Source: a plasmid. From it: a stretch of DNA of 64,000 bases. Shown here piece after piece: positions 1-9,678 of the stretch (position 1 is its first letter; every line of letters begins with the position of its first letter). The stretch is taken from the sequence record OW967251.1; one strand, 5' to 3'. The notes under the pieces are model-generated. The model was given only the letters and a program-made list of their open reading frames with translations. It did not search any database and was not told where the DNA came from. The position numbers and the translations under genes are program-made.

Positions 1-1378
1 TACTGGGTTAGCCACCACAGCGACACTTAACGTCGCCAGAGCCTCGCTGATGAAAGCTCCCAGGCTGGCCGCAGCATCAGCCGACAGAGTAAAACCTCCA
101 CGTGACGCAGTTGACCAGGTCAGAGGAATAGCAAAAGGTGCCGCTGTAGCCGGGATACCCCTGACAGCCTGAATCTCTGAAGATTTCAGTTTATCTGCGG
201 CTGTACAACGGGCCTGCAGCGCTTTTGCTTTTTCAGCAATGGCTCTGGCCTCCTCAGCGGCTTTCGCTGCTGCATCAGCCTGTCGTTTTTTTTCTGCCGC
301 AGCGGCGGCTGCTGCTTCCGCCTCCTGGCGTTTACGTTCAGCAGCGGCGGCTTGTTCTGCGGACGCTAATGCAGCCTGGGCAGCCTGACGGCGCGTTTCT
401 GCAGCATTATAGGCAGCTGATGCCTGCAGACTGGCCTGCTCAGCGGCCGTTGCCTGACTGGCAAGACTGGTAGCAGCATTTCGTTTGTTCACCGCATCAT
501 TCTGCGCTGCATCAACCTGAGCTTTTGTGATCCCAGATGGATAGAACCGGTATCCCCAGTGGTCATGCTCTTTATTCGAACTGATAACCTCCCATTTTTG
601 GGTACCGTATTGGCCGTTATTATTTAGAGTGAGGCCTTTAATGCTTTGCTGCAGATCCTGATATTTTTTCTCAGCCTGAGTTGCTACTGGTACGGCATCG
701 ATAGCTTCCTTTCGCTTATTCTTCGCTGTATTAAGGGCATTATCTGCCACTGTTTTCAGGCGTGATGCTTCAGCAGTCGCCTGATTCAGATTATTACGCG
801 CATCAGGAACAGTTTGATGTTGACCTGCAGCAGCCGCAGCAGAAATCGCATTCTGACGTTCTTTTTCAGCAGCGGCGGATGCCGCTGCTGTTTTCGCTGC
901 GAATGCTTTTGCAGCCTCTTCTGCTTGCTGTTTTTCCTTAGCTACCTTCTCCGCTCGTGCAGCTTTTTCTGCTTCTGATGGACCTACAGCCACAAAAGCG
1001 CGGGTAGTATGTTCGTTATTACCAGCCCCGGATGATCGGTTTTCCCAGTATCCCATCTGCCCGTTATGCATAACAAGAGACTGTCCCTGTGGCCCCTGCC
1101 CACCCTGACTTCCGCCATTACCGGTAGAAGAACTGCGGACACCATCGAAGCCACTGACAGTTGTTGAGCCTTCCTCAGAGGACACAGTGTGAATCTGCCC
1201 CCGAATATCCGCCATATACCCACCATTACCATCACTGCGAATATTCGAGACATCTGATGCCCGGATTTGCGTCCCACCAAAACTATTAAACTGATTAGCC
1301 ACATCACTGGCAGAAGGAGAGCTAAGGCCTGAGCTCGTAGCACCCTCACCGTTATAGTTAAATCCACCAATCACACAT
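1..1378 (-). CDS. Colicin/klebicin-like bacteriocin, partial. The N-terminal ~460 aa lie in the window and the 3' end runs off the left edge.
   Basis: Manual translation of the minus frame from a GTG near 1376-1378, preceded by an AAGGAA ribosome-binding site. The N-terminus is glycine/serine-rich (IGGFNYNGEGATSSGLSSPSASDV...GNGGSQGGQGPQG), like a colicin translocation domain. It is followed by a long alanine-rich coiled-coil (AEKKRQADAAAKAAEEARAIAEKAKALQA...), like a receptor-binding domain. No stop codon occurs before position 1. The frame is missing from the ORF track because it has a GTG start and runs off the edge. Confidence 0.55.
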
Positions 1379-1485
1379 TTCCTTCTTTTGTTTTTTTTGT
1401 TTTCCAATTTTCTGAAATACGGCGTGCGGTTTATTGCTTCAGGACAGCTATCCGGAGGCTGTTATTAGTTCTCTGCCACGCCAGT

Positions 1486-1519
1486 TACTGCATATAAAAG
1501 CATGTATTTATATACAGTA
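1486..1519 (-). promoter_or_regulatory. Two overlapping LexA (SOS) boxes upstream of the bacteriocin gene.
   Basis: The sequence TACTGCATATAAAAGCATGTATTTATATACAGTA contains two CTG-N10-CAG-type half-palindromes. It is nearly identical in architecture to the colE1 double operator CTGTATATAAAACCAGTGGTTATATGTACAG. It lies ~110-140 nt upstream of the putative start. Confidence 0.6.
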
Positions 1520-1730
1520 TTTTGATGCTGCTCTTGATATACCAGCTCTGTCAATATGTCGTGGTTAACAATATTTTTATTTATTTTCATTCACTTAAAA
1601 ATAACAGCAGAGGTGGACCCGAGGCAGAATGCGGATCATCAGAAAGAAAAAAAACGATTTGAGCTCTGATTCATAGCCCGATAGATTACTTAGTTCCCCC
1701 GAGTGCACGATAAAAAAGAGAGTATTTCTG

Positions 1731-2276
1731 ATGCCATTACCTGAGCGAATGAAACCCGCACGGGTCACCCGTAAACAGATGAAAGAACTGGTCAGTCAGC
1801 TGAATGGCATTCTCGATCACATCGATAACGGGATGGACGAAAACAATGAAGAACTAAAACAGATGATGGCAGACTGGAATGCACAGGTCGTCATACCCTG
1901 CGGGTTCTCTGATTTTCGTGATTTTTCATCCTGGACAAGTGCACTAGATTTCACCAGGATGGCGCTTAATCAGGAAAAATACCTTGATGACTTTACATGG
2001 ACAGAACTGAACGACGTTATCAACTTCATACGCAAAGCAGAAGGTAGTGCATCTGACCACAGCTATGTACTCCAGTTACTGGAGATTAATTTCAGGGCAA
2101 ACCCACTGGATCTCATCTATCACCCTGACTGCTGGTTCAATGATGAAGCATTGTTTCATGCTCGGCTGACTACCGAAGAAATTGGTGGCTACCTGATGAA
2201 AAAATCAGGTCGATGGCTCAACGATGCACCGGATATCCAGCTGGTGTATGCCATCCCCCAGGATATTTATGATTAA
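1731..2276 (+). CDS. Hypothetical 181 aa soluble protein, transcribed divergently from the bacteriocin promoter. An orphan immunity protein is one speculative possibility.
   Basis: Clean ORF with an ATG start. It has no transmembrane segments and is acidic. No recognisable family can be assigned by eye. Confidence 0.45.
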   Translation: MPLPERMKPARVTRKQMKELVSQLNGILDHIDNGMDENNEELKQMMADWNAQVVIPCGFSDFRDFSSWTSALDFTRMALNQEKYLDDFTWTELNDVINFIRKAEGSASDHSYVLQLLEINFRANPLDLIYHPDCWFNDEALFHARLTTEEIGGYLMKKSGRWLNDAPDIQLVYAIPQDIYD

Positions 2277-2490
2277 CCAAGTCACCCTTTACCATAATCC
2301 CTTAATTGTAAGCACCGCCAGAACGGCCTCAGGGCGTTTCTGACGGGAAACTGGCAAAACACCGAAAACCCGCCAGAAACGCGCAGGGGCTGTTTTTACG
2401 GCATGCATGAGTATGCACGCAAGTGCATAGCGCGGAAATTCATGCCATTCAGCCAGGGTAAGTCCTGTTTCCGGCGTTCTTCTGATTCCG

Positions 2491-2838
2491 TTATAAATCT
2501 TTCCAGTCAGGTAATTTATTCACCTTTCGGCGCCACAGATGAAACAGTGCCATCGTCAGGCCAAATAACACGCCCGCAATAAGACTGATTTTGCAAGCGA
2601 ACAGGGGTGGCATCCCCTGGGCCCGCCACACCATCCAGTACATCCACAGTCCGTATCCGACGGAGAAAGAGCCTGCCATCACGCCAAAAACCTGCCAGAA
2701 CGGAGCAAACGGCAGCGGGGGAATGTTTATCCCCAGCCGCCACAACAGTCGTATCAGAAGCGGTGCATAATTGCTTTTCCACATCTTACAGCTGGCCATT
2801 ATCGCCAGCGCCTTTTGTTTCCGCGCTTCAAAATCCAT
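2491..2838 (-). CDS. Hypothetical small inner-membrane protein downstream of finO.
   Basis: 115 aa ORF with 3 predicted hydrophobic helices (LAIMASCKMW..., GVMAGSFSVGYGLWMYWMVW, ISLIAGVLFGLTMALF). Confidence 0.45.
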   Translation of the reverse strand: MDFEARKQKALAIMASCKMWKSNYAPLLIRLLWRLGINIPPLPFAPFWQVFGVMAGSFSVGYGLWMYWMVWRAQGMPPLFACKISLIAGVLFGLTMALFHLWRRKVNKLPDWKDL

Positions 2839-2857
2839 TTCCTCTCCTCGATTGTAT

Positions 2858-3454
2858 TCAGCCAGCTGACTGGCTCCGCATACGCTCAGTTCGCAGGAGT
2901 TCTTTCATCATGCGCTCGCTGGCGTACTGCGCTTCCCCTGCAGTGACGGTCGCGACGGCGTTCCCCTGCAGATCATAGCGGGCGGCTCCCTCCTTCATCC
3001 GGGACAGATAGCCCGCAGACCGGGTCAGACTCTTCAGGCACTTAATCACCTGTTTATGCGACAGCGGCAGGTCACGGTTCACAATGTCGGCAAACAGCTG
3101 TTCGCGCATGCCCGTTGCCAGCAGACGGGGTGAGTTTCCGTCGAACAGCTGTGGCCAGAATGCCTTCAGCGTCATAATGGCCTGTTCCGGCGGCAGCAGG
3201 CGAAGATAACGCACCGGAGGTGGCGTCTTTACCGCTTTAACCGGCACCGGCGCAGCGTTGCGCGCGGCGGCTTCGGCCGCTTGTTTAACCTTCTCAAGTT
3301 TCTCTTTTTTTGCCTTCCAGGCCGGCGGGGACGAGACCACCACGACCTTCTTTCGGCGCACCACACCAGGAGCAGGGGTTGCCTCTGCGGGGGCCGTACT
3401 GTTCTCCGCCGGTTTTCGTTTCAGGCTCAGTACAGGGCGTTTTTCTTCACTCAT
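2858..3454 (-). CDS. finO: FinO, the fertility-inhibition RNA chaperone.
   Basis: Similar to F FinO (EKRPVLTLKRK..., PPxWKxKKxKL, [21 protein letters not shown] versus AIMTLKAFWPQLFDGNSPRLLA). It is the last gene after traX, as in F. The likely start is MSEEKRPV. Confidence 0.85.
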   Translation of the reverse strand: MSEEKRPVLSLKRKPAENSTAPAEATPAPGVVRRKKVVVVSSPPAWKAKKEKLEKVKQAAEAAARNAAPVPVKAVKTPPPVRYLRLLPPEQAIMTLKAFWPQLFDGNSPRLLATGMREQLFADIVNRDLPLSHKQVIKCLKSLTRSAGYLSRMKEGAARYDLQGNAVATVTAGEAQYASERMMKELLRTERMRSQSAG

Positions 3455-3611
3455 AAGGGGCCATATCAATAAAAGCTACAGGTCTGTGCTATACGATACG
3501 CTAACGGTATCATCGTTTCACCTCGCAATGCAGTGGACACAACGATGATGTCCCCTTTGTCACGTTTACGGGCAATGTGCCCGCCCCCCGGACCTGTGTC
3601 CGGTTTTTTTT

Positions 3612-4337
3612 TTACATCGAGACGACAATACCGAGTACCGCCAGGTGCACCGCATAGAACATCACGAAGAACTGCCGCGGCCAGAAGCGTTTCACACGTT
3701 CTCCGGCAGATGAGCACACCATCAGCGTCAGCAGCGCAATCGCCAGCCCGGCCACTGATTCACTCACGTCATGCATATTCATCAGCAACACCATGAGGGC
3801 CCACAGCACCCCGTATCCCAGCCGTTCCTGTGCATGCTGTGCGCGACAAAGCAGCCAGCTGGCGGTGAGCATGCCCACTCCGGCCATGCCGTAGCTGGCG
3901 GTTGACAGGGGTATCCAGGCGACCAGCAGTCCAGCCGCCGGGAGGGTGTAATACCAGGACGGCTGGCTGACCCACCGCAGGACCTGGCCCGTGACGGCAA
4001 AGGCAAACAGAATATTCCCGGAATACCACGGGTACCCGATGAGCATAAACGACACCTGGGCGACCAGCGCCCAGCCCCACAGGCTGTTCAGCTGCGACTG
4101 GCGTATTTCCGCGTGCCGGGCCAGATTCATTCCCCATGCCAGACCGAACAGCGGAAAACAGCCCCGTCCCAGCAGGCGCATCACTTCATTGTTTCCGGCC
4201 AGCAGTAAGCCGGTGTGGTCAGTCACCATCAGTACCAGTGCGACCGTTTTAATCATATCCGTTTGTCCCGGTGCCCAGGTCAGCAGGCGATGAAGCCAGC
4301 GGTCTGTCGCACCTGGAAATGTGTGTTGTGCTCTCAT
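3612..4337 (-). CDS. traX: TraX, the F-pilin N-acetyltransferase.
   Basis: The DRWLHRLLTWAPGQTDMIKTVALVLMV motif matches F TraX (TDTWLQSLLVWSPGQRDIIKTVALVLMV). It is a polytopic membrane protein and is positioned after traI. Confidence 0.85.
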   Translation of the reverse strand: MRAQHTFPGATDRWLHRLLTWAPGQTDMIKTVALVLMVTDHTGLLLAGNNEVMRLLGRGCFPLFGLAWGMNLARHAEIRQSQLNSLWGWALVAQVSFMLIGYPWYSGNILFAFAVTGQVLRWVSQPSWYYTLPAAGLLVAWIPLSTASYGMAGVGMLTASWLLCRAQHAQERLGYGVLWALMVLLMNMHDVSESVAGLAIALLTLMVCSSAGERVKRFWPRQFFVMFYAVHLAVLGIVVSM

Positions 4338-4416
4338 GTTTTTTTCCTTTTAGCGCTCCGGCAGACTGCCCGATTTTAATCGGGGAGGCTGCCGGAGCAG
4401 ACAAGCCGCAGGCGCG

Positions 4417-7400
4417 TCAGTCGCCCCCGAGGGTTTTCTCGCGGTTAAGGTCACGAACCATGTCCCGCTCCACAGCCTGCAGACGCTCACGCTGCAGACG
4501 TTCTGAGGCCACCTGTTGAATCGCCTCCTCCTGGCGCCGGAACTGAGGATCATCCGGTAGCGTCGTTTTCTCCGTACCCGGCCGGTCACGCTCCAGTCCG
4601 CGAATGACGTCCCCGATAACCTCTTTCACCCGGTCCGCCGGCTCGCCGGCTTTACGCGCCTCCCCGGCCATTTCCCGGGCAGTCTGTTCCGCCTTTTTTT
4701 CCATTTCCCGGCGCTGCTGTTCTTCTGCCGCCCGCTGTGCCAGTACCTCTGGCGGGAGGATAATGTCAGCCCCGGCCTGCGGTACCGGAGCCACCGGCGC
4801 CGGTTCAGCCCATACCCGCCCACCGGTCATGGCCCCGGGGTTCCAGGGGCGGTCATCACCGGCCAGCCGCACCACCACCCCCGTATCGGGATTGTCGCGG
4901 GCCATTCTGACGCCTTCCCCCATATTCCCGGCCAGCAGGCTTTCTCCGTTGCGGCTGTTCTGCAGCGCCACGAACCGGGCGTCTTCATTGCCCATAATTC
5001 GTCCCTCTCCGCCGATAGCCTCCAGCCGTCCGTCCCGATCGGTCAGCGGGCTGAGCCAGATACCGGCGGCTTTCCCGTTTTTATCAAATGCCGGCAGCGC
5101 CACATGCGGCTGAGGGTACTTTTTCCCCGGAGAAATGAATTTTCCTGGTGAACTTCCCTGTGCCAGACCGGACTGCTGCAGGGCTGCCCGGCCCGCGGCG
5201 GTTTCATCCAGTGGCCTTGCCCGCCCGAACAGCAGATCGGCTGTTTTCACCGCCCGGTCGTTACGGGGTTCAAGAATATCGTGCGCCGTCGCTTTCTCAG
5301 GTGAATTCTTGATGGCCTTTATCCAGCCCTCACGGTTGTCGGTGTAGACCTGAACATGCTGTTTCATGCGGGATAAAGCCACATAGGCAGACTCAAAGCT
5401 GGCCATCTGTTCCCGACCACCGGCCACCCCTTCCAGCGCGATGGCATACGGTTCGCTGGCCCCCTGGGCACCGTGGGCGGTGATGGCGTAGGCGAGGTCG
5501 ATATGCTGCTGTGCCTGCTCCGCCTTCGGGGTCAGCGTACGGGTGATTTTGCCATCAGACAGCGTGACACTGTCACCCGAAACAGACTGCACTTCCCAGA
5601 TACTGTTGGCCACATAGCCGCGCTCCGGGTCACTTTTGCTGAAGCGCATTCGGTCCCCCTGAGACACGGTGATCTTTTCCTGACGATAGAGCGTGACGCC
5701 TTCTGCCGATGCCTCCCGGGGTGAGATAAATCGCTCCTTTCCTTCACTGTCTGTCAGGGTGATCAGCTGATTATCCTTATCCACCTTGCTGATACGGTGG
5801 TATACGTTATCAACCAGCGCCACCGCCTCCTTGTGAGCCGTCCAGGTCGACAGTTTGCGCAGTTCACCGTCACGGATGTTACTCGTGACCAGCACCGGCA
5901 GGGTGATTTCCTCTTTGCCGGTTTCCCCGTTCTCCCGCCGTGCGTCATGGATCAGACTGTTCAGCGCCCGCCGGTCCTTATTCAGATGGGTGATCACCAG
6001 CGTCTGCGACTGTGCCTCCGGGGTCCGTCCGGTATAGTCCTTCACCAGCGCCTCGTAGAGCGTCGCGGGCTGACCTTCCGGCAGGGTTTTCCCCTCGCTC
6101 AGCGCCTTTTCTATCGCCTTTTCCTGCTTTGGCGTGAATTCCACCACAGAACTGCCCGGCGCCCATGCGCCTTCTTTTCTCGGCACCTGCTCCGGCGTGA
6201 CCTGCTCGATGGTGGTCAGGGCGCGGTGCACATCCCGCTCAATCAGGCTGTAGACCGCCGGTCGCAGCTCAGGCATCTGGCGTACAATCTCTTTCATGAT
6301 GGCAACGTCGGCGGCGCTGCGCTGCTGCATCAACCTGAACGGCTGGCCCGGCGCGATGGGCTGCAGCTGGTCGTTATCCCCACTGGACACCGCCCGTCCA
6401 CCGCCGGCGACGATGAGGGAGTGGGCTTTTGCCATATCGGCCAGCCCCACCATTGAGCTCTCGTCGAGCAGGAACAGGGTGTTGCTGAAATCGGGTGTCT
6501 GGCCATTGCGCTGCAGCAGCTGCGTGTCGTGGAGGAACGATGCCGTCGTGCGCGCATCCACGCCAGCACTCTGCATTTCCCCGACCGCGCGATGCGTCGG
6601 CGCCAGACCGATGACGCGCGGACGGGTCTCTTCCGGCAGCAGACTGATGGCACTCATGACTGCCCGGAACTGGGTGGTTTTCCCCACCCCGGCATACCCC
6701 TGAACCACCGTGAAGCGGTCCGTGCTTTCCAGAATCATCCGGGTCGCCGCCCGCTGTCCGGCGGTCAGGTCCGTCATCAGACTGGCCGGCACGCGGTCCA
6801 TCAGGGGGGCCACCGCGTCTTTACCTTCCAGCACGTGGGTCAGGATGCTTTTTTCGGCGTCCCAGGTCTGACGGGAAATCAGCAGGTCATTGCCGTAGCC
6901 GTGCGCCACCGGTACATTCAGCAACTGCCCCGACCTGATTTGTGCCTGGATGGTCGTGTCGATGTCCGCCATCGAAACCTTCCCGCCCCCGGTTTCCATT
7001 GCCGTCGCCAGCAGCTGGGGCCGGGAGAAGGTCAGGTCCTGGCTCTCAAGCAGCGGGATGGCCAGGTGAATGGCCTGTTCTGCCGGGGTATGCAGCCCGG
7101 CCTTCTGCTGCGCAATGGCCGCATCCAGGTCCGTCTCGCCGGATCGGGACTTCAGCTGCTCTGAGACCACGCTGAACGCGGTATGCCGCGACAGCTTCTC
7201 CGTCGTACGCGCCGCATCCTGCGCCGAGTACAGCCGGAGATGACTTCCGCTCTGCGCCAGCTGGTTGAGGGTGGCGTTATCCAGCTCACGCTGCGTCACC
7301 GACGCAAAGACCGTTGCCGTCTCGCTAACCGACCTGCCGGGACTTTCCACCCAGCCGTGGCCGATTTTAATACCGTCAAACACGCCCGCGCCCACGGCCA

Positions 7401-9678
7401 GGGTCTGCGTGGTTTTCTGCCCCGGCCGCTGTACCGTCAGCTGCCCTTCCTCCACTTTCATCACCGTGATGCTTTCCCCGCCCTTCAGGCGTGTGTCCGG
7501 TATCTTCCCGAGCACCGCCAGACGTTCCCCCTCTGCCACCGGCAGTGTCTCTGCCCGGAACAGCGTCCACTGGCTGTCGACCGCGGAAACCTTCAGATCC
7601 AGACGGACCCCATCCCGGTCTTTCAGGGTCAGCATATTGCTGCTCGCGGTCACCCGGTCAATGACAAAGCGATCGTGCGTCCGGTTCTCCGGATCCCAGC
7701 GTTCCATCACCATCCCCTCCCGGTAATAATCCCGCACGCCCCGGCTTTTACTGTCCAGCCACACCGGCGTCAGGGCTGTAATGGTCGTGTCTTTCTCACC
7801 CAGCACCCCCTCCTGTCTGAGGGAGTCACGGATAAGGCCGTTGAGTACGCTCTGTTCACGCGTCCCGCTGATTTGGGCCACGCTTTCCTGCCCTTCACGT
7901 ACGCTGACGGCAAACTCCTGTGCCAGCCGGCTGTAGCGTGCTCCTTTATCCGGTTCACTGATGATGTCGGCTGTGGTCTGTTGGCCGCCCTGCCAGCGAT
8001 ACGTATTCACGCCGCTGTCCTTCAGCACCGTCAGCGCACTGCCGGTCCCGCTGCGCTTCCCGCTGTCTGAGAGCAGGACCTGCACGTTATGGCGCATCGC
8101 GCCATCGAGCAGGGAAATCGTTTCCTTCAGGCTCAGCTTCTCCGCCTGATCCACGATGAGTGTTCCGCCCGGAATAAACGCCGTCCCGTCCTGCAGGGCG
8201 GATTTACCGGTCACCGTTTCCCCGGCCAGACGCACATCACCGGCGAGAAAATCACGTGAGCGGTTATCGGCCGCCAGGATATGGACGTCACGCCCCTGCT
8301 CCCGGGCCATCAGGGTTAACTCGGCCACCCGCTCCCGCTGGCCGCTTGCACCGCCCTGACCGGAAACGATACCCATTACCGGGCGATCCTGCGCCAGCAC
8401 GCTGACGGCATCGCTGAAAGGGACCTGGCGCACCACAGACGCATCAGGCGTGACTGAGACATGATTATGGCGCTGCACCTCCTGACTCAGGGCTTTGACG
8501 GCGAGTTCATCGAGAACGTGGATGTTTGAGGTGAACAGGCCTTTCTCGCGATCGAGAGGGATAAGCTGCTCCCGTTCAATGGCGGCATCGATGCCCTTTC
8601 TCGCCAGCTCAAACATACCGTCCTTCGCCTCCAGCTGGCCGACCGTGCGTGCCAGCAGGTCGGCATACGTGAACTGCACCTTGCGGTCGCTGAGACCGGC
8701 AATCGCTTTCGTCACCACATCCGTGATATCCGGACCGTCAGTGTTCACCGGCGCGGCAGGTGCACGGGCCAGCTCTGCGGCTCGCGCATCGGCGGCCTCA
8801 CGGTACCCCCGGATGTCAAACCCGGTCTCCTTCAGCGTGTTCATCCACTCCACCATCTTCTCTGCCGGATCGATGGCTTCTTTCGACTTGCGGGTATCGA
8901 GCGCGGCCACATCCCGTGACTTCAGGGAGGCATCGGGCCCTGCGGCCTCCCTGACCTCCTGAGACCGGGTGGAGAACGGTTCCACAGGGACCCCTTTCAT
9001 CTCCCACATCCCGTGTTTGCCCACAACTTCCGTCTCATAGCCAAGCTTCTCAACCAGGGGTTTGAACGCCTCCCGGTAAAGCTTCCCGAACGCTATCTGG
9101 TTCGCGTACACGTTCTCGATAAAACCTGTTTTACCGATCTTATCTGTGCCGAGAGACTGCCATTTGTCCCCGTTCTGCGTGGCGTTAATGACGACGGCAT
9201 GGGTGTGTATCTGAGGTTCCTGGTTACGGTTCGTGTCGTGGTTGAATTTCGCCACAATCAGATTTCCGGTCAGCACCGTTTCGCTTTTACCGTCCGTCAT
9301 GACACGGGTCGCGGCCAGCGTCTCCAGTTGCCGCACCGCTTCGGTTACCGCCTGGTTGTGGGCATCGATAAGGCGTTTATCGCCGCCCAGCATCGCCATG
9401 ACCGACACGCTTTTGGGGGCCGAGAAGGTCAGGTCATAACCGGGCCGGTGCCTGTTGGCGCCGTCCTGTATCCGGGTCAGGTCGCTGCCATCCGGCAGCT
9501 TCCCTTTCAGCAGTTCCGTAAACAGCGCCTTATCCACGGCTTTCCCGTCGATCCCCAGCGCCTCAGCCCCCTTACCCTGCCAGCGTTCGTCCATACTCCC
9601 GATAACGTAGTAATTATCCTTATCCGTATAGTAATTACCGGCACTGCCCGCTGATTTAACGGAGCCAATCGACATCAT
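4417..9678 (-). CDS. traI: TraI, the relaxase/helicase (1753 aa).
   Basis: The N-terminus [25 protein letters not shown] is near-identical to F TraI. It contains the relaxase histidine triad region and helicase Walker motifs (GYAGVGKTT). Its size matches F TraI (1756 aa). Confidence 0.97.
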   Translation of the reverse strand: MMSIGSVKSAGSAGNYYTDKDNYYVIGSMDERWQGKGAEALGIDGKAVDKALFTELLKGKLPDGSDLTRIQDGANRHRPGYDLTFSAPKSVSVMAMLGGDKRLIDAHNQAVTEAVRQLETLAATRVMTDGKSETVLTGNLIVAKFNHDTNRNQEPQIHTHAVVINATQNGDKWQSLGTDKIGKTGFIENVYANQIAFGKLYREAFKPLVEKLGYETEVVGKHGMWEMKGVPVEPFSTRSQEVREAAGPDASLKSRDVAALDTRKSKEAIDPAEKMVEWMNTLKETGFDIRGYREAADARAAELARAPAAPVNTDGPDITDVVTKAIAGLSDRKVQFTYADLLARTVGQLEAKDGMFELARKGIDAAIEREQLIPLDREKGLFTSNIHVLDELAVKALSQEVQRHNHVSVTPDASVVRQVPFSDAVSVLAQDRPVMGIVSGQGGASGQRERVAELTLMAREQGRDVHILAADNRSRDFLAGDVRLAGETVTGKSALQDGTAFIPGGTLIVDQAEKLSLKETISLLDGAMRHNVQVLLSDSGKRSGTGSALTVLKDSGVNTYRWQGGQQTTADIISEPDKGARYSRLAQEFAVSVREGQESVAQISGTREQSVLNGLIRDSLRQEGVLGEKDTTITALTPVWLDSKSRGVRDYYREGMVMERWDPENRTHDRFVIDRVTASSNMLTLKDRDGVRLDLKVSAVDSQWTLFRAETLPVAEGERLAVLGKIPDTRLKGGESITVMKVEEGQLTVQRPGQKTTQTLAVGAGVFDGIKIGHGWVESPGRSVSETATVFASVTQRELDNATLNQLAQSGSHLRLYSAQDAARTTEKLSRHTAFSVVSEQLKSRSGETDLDAAIAQQKAGLHTPAEQAIHLAIPLLESQDLTFSRPQLLATAMETGGGKVSMADIDTTIQAQIRSGQLLNVPVAHGYGNDLLISRQTWDAEKSILTHVLEGKDAVAPLMDRVPASLMTDLTAGQRAATRMILESTDRFTVVQGYAGVGKTTQFRAVMSAISLLPEETRPRVIGLAPTHRAVGEMQSAGVDARTTASFLHDTQLLQRNGQTPDFSNTLFLLDESSMVGLADMAKAHSLIVAGGGRAVSSGDNDQLQPIAPGQPFRLMQQRSAADVAIMKEIVRQMPELRPAVYSLIERDVHRALTTIEQVTPEQVPRKEGAWAPGSSVVEFTPKQEKAIEKALSEGKTLPEGQPATLYEALVKDYTGRTPEAQSQTLVITHLNKDRRALNSLIHDARRENGETGKEEITLPVLVTSNIRDGELRKLSTWTAHKEAVALVDNVYHRISKVDKDNQLITLTDSEGKERFISPREASAEGVTLYRQEKITVSQGDRMRFSKSDPERGYVANSIWEVQSVSGDSVTLSDGKITRTLTPKAEQAQQHIDLAYAITAHGAQGASEPYAIALEGVAGGREQMASFESAYVALSRMKQHVQVYTDNREGWIKAIKNSPEKATAHDILEPRNDRAVKTADLLFGRARPLDETAAGRAALQQSGLAQGSSPGKFISPGKKYPQPHVALPAFDKNGKAAGIWLSPLTDRDGRLEAIGGEGRIMGNEDARFVALQNSRNGESLLAGNMGEGVRMARDNPDTGVVVRLAGDDRPWNPGAMTGGRVWAEPAPVAPVPQAGADIILPPEVLAQRAAEEQQRREMEKKAEQTAREMAGEARKAGEPADRVKEVIGDVIRGLERDRPGTEKTTLPDDPQFRRQEEAIQQVASERLQRERLQAVERDMVRDLNREKTLGGD

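Noticed and set aside
984-1370. A 128-aa minus-strand ORF from the track.
   Set aside because: It is an alternative frame inside the bacteriocin gene. The Gly-rich/coiled-coil frame is the coherent one.
4604-9654. Several long plus-strand ORFs inside traI (for example 5797..6456, 6529..7164, 7183..8070 and 9013..9654).
   Set aside because: They are antisense to a well-supported 1753-aa TraI. Their high-GC, Arg/Pro/Ala-rich composition is typical of antisense read-through ORFs.
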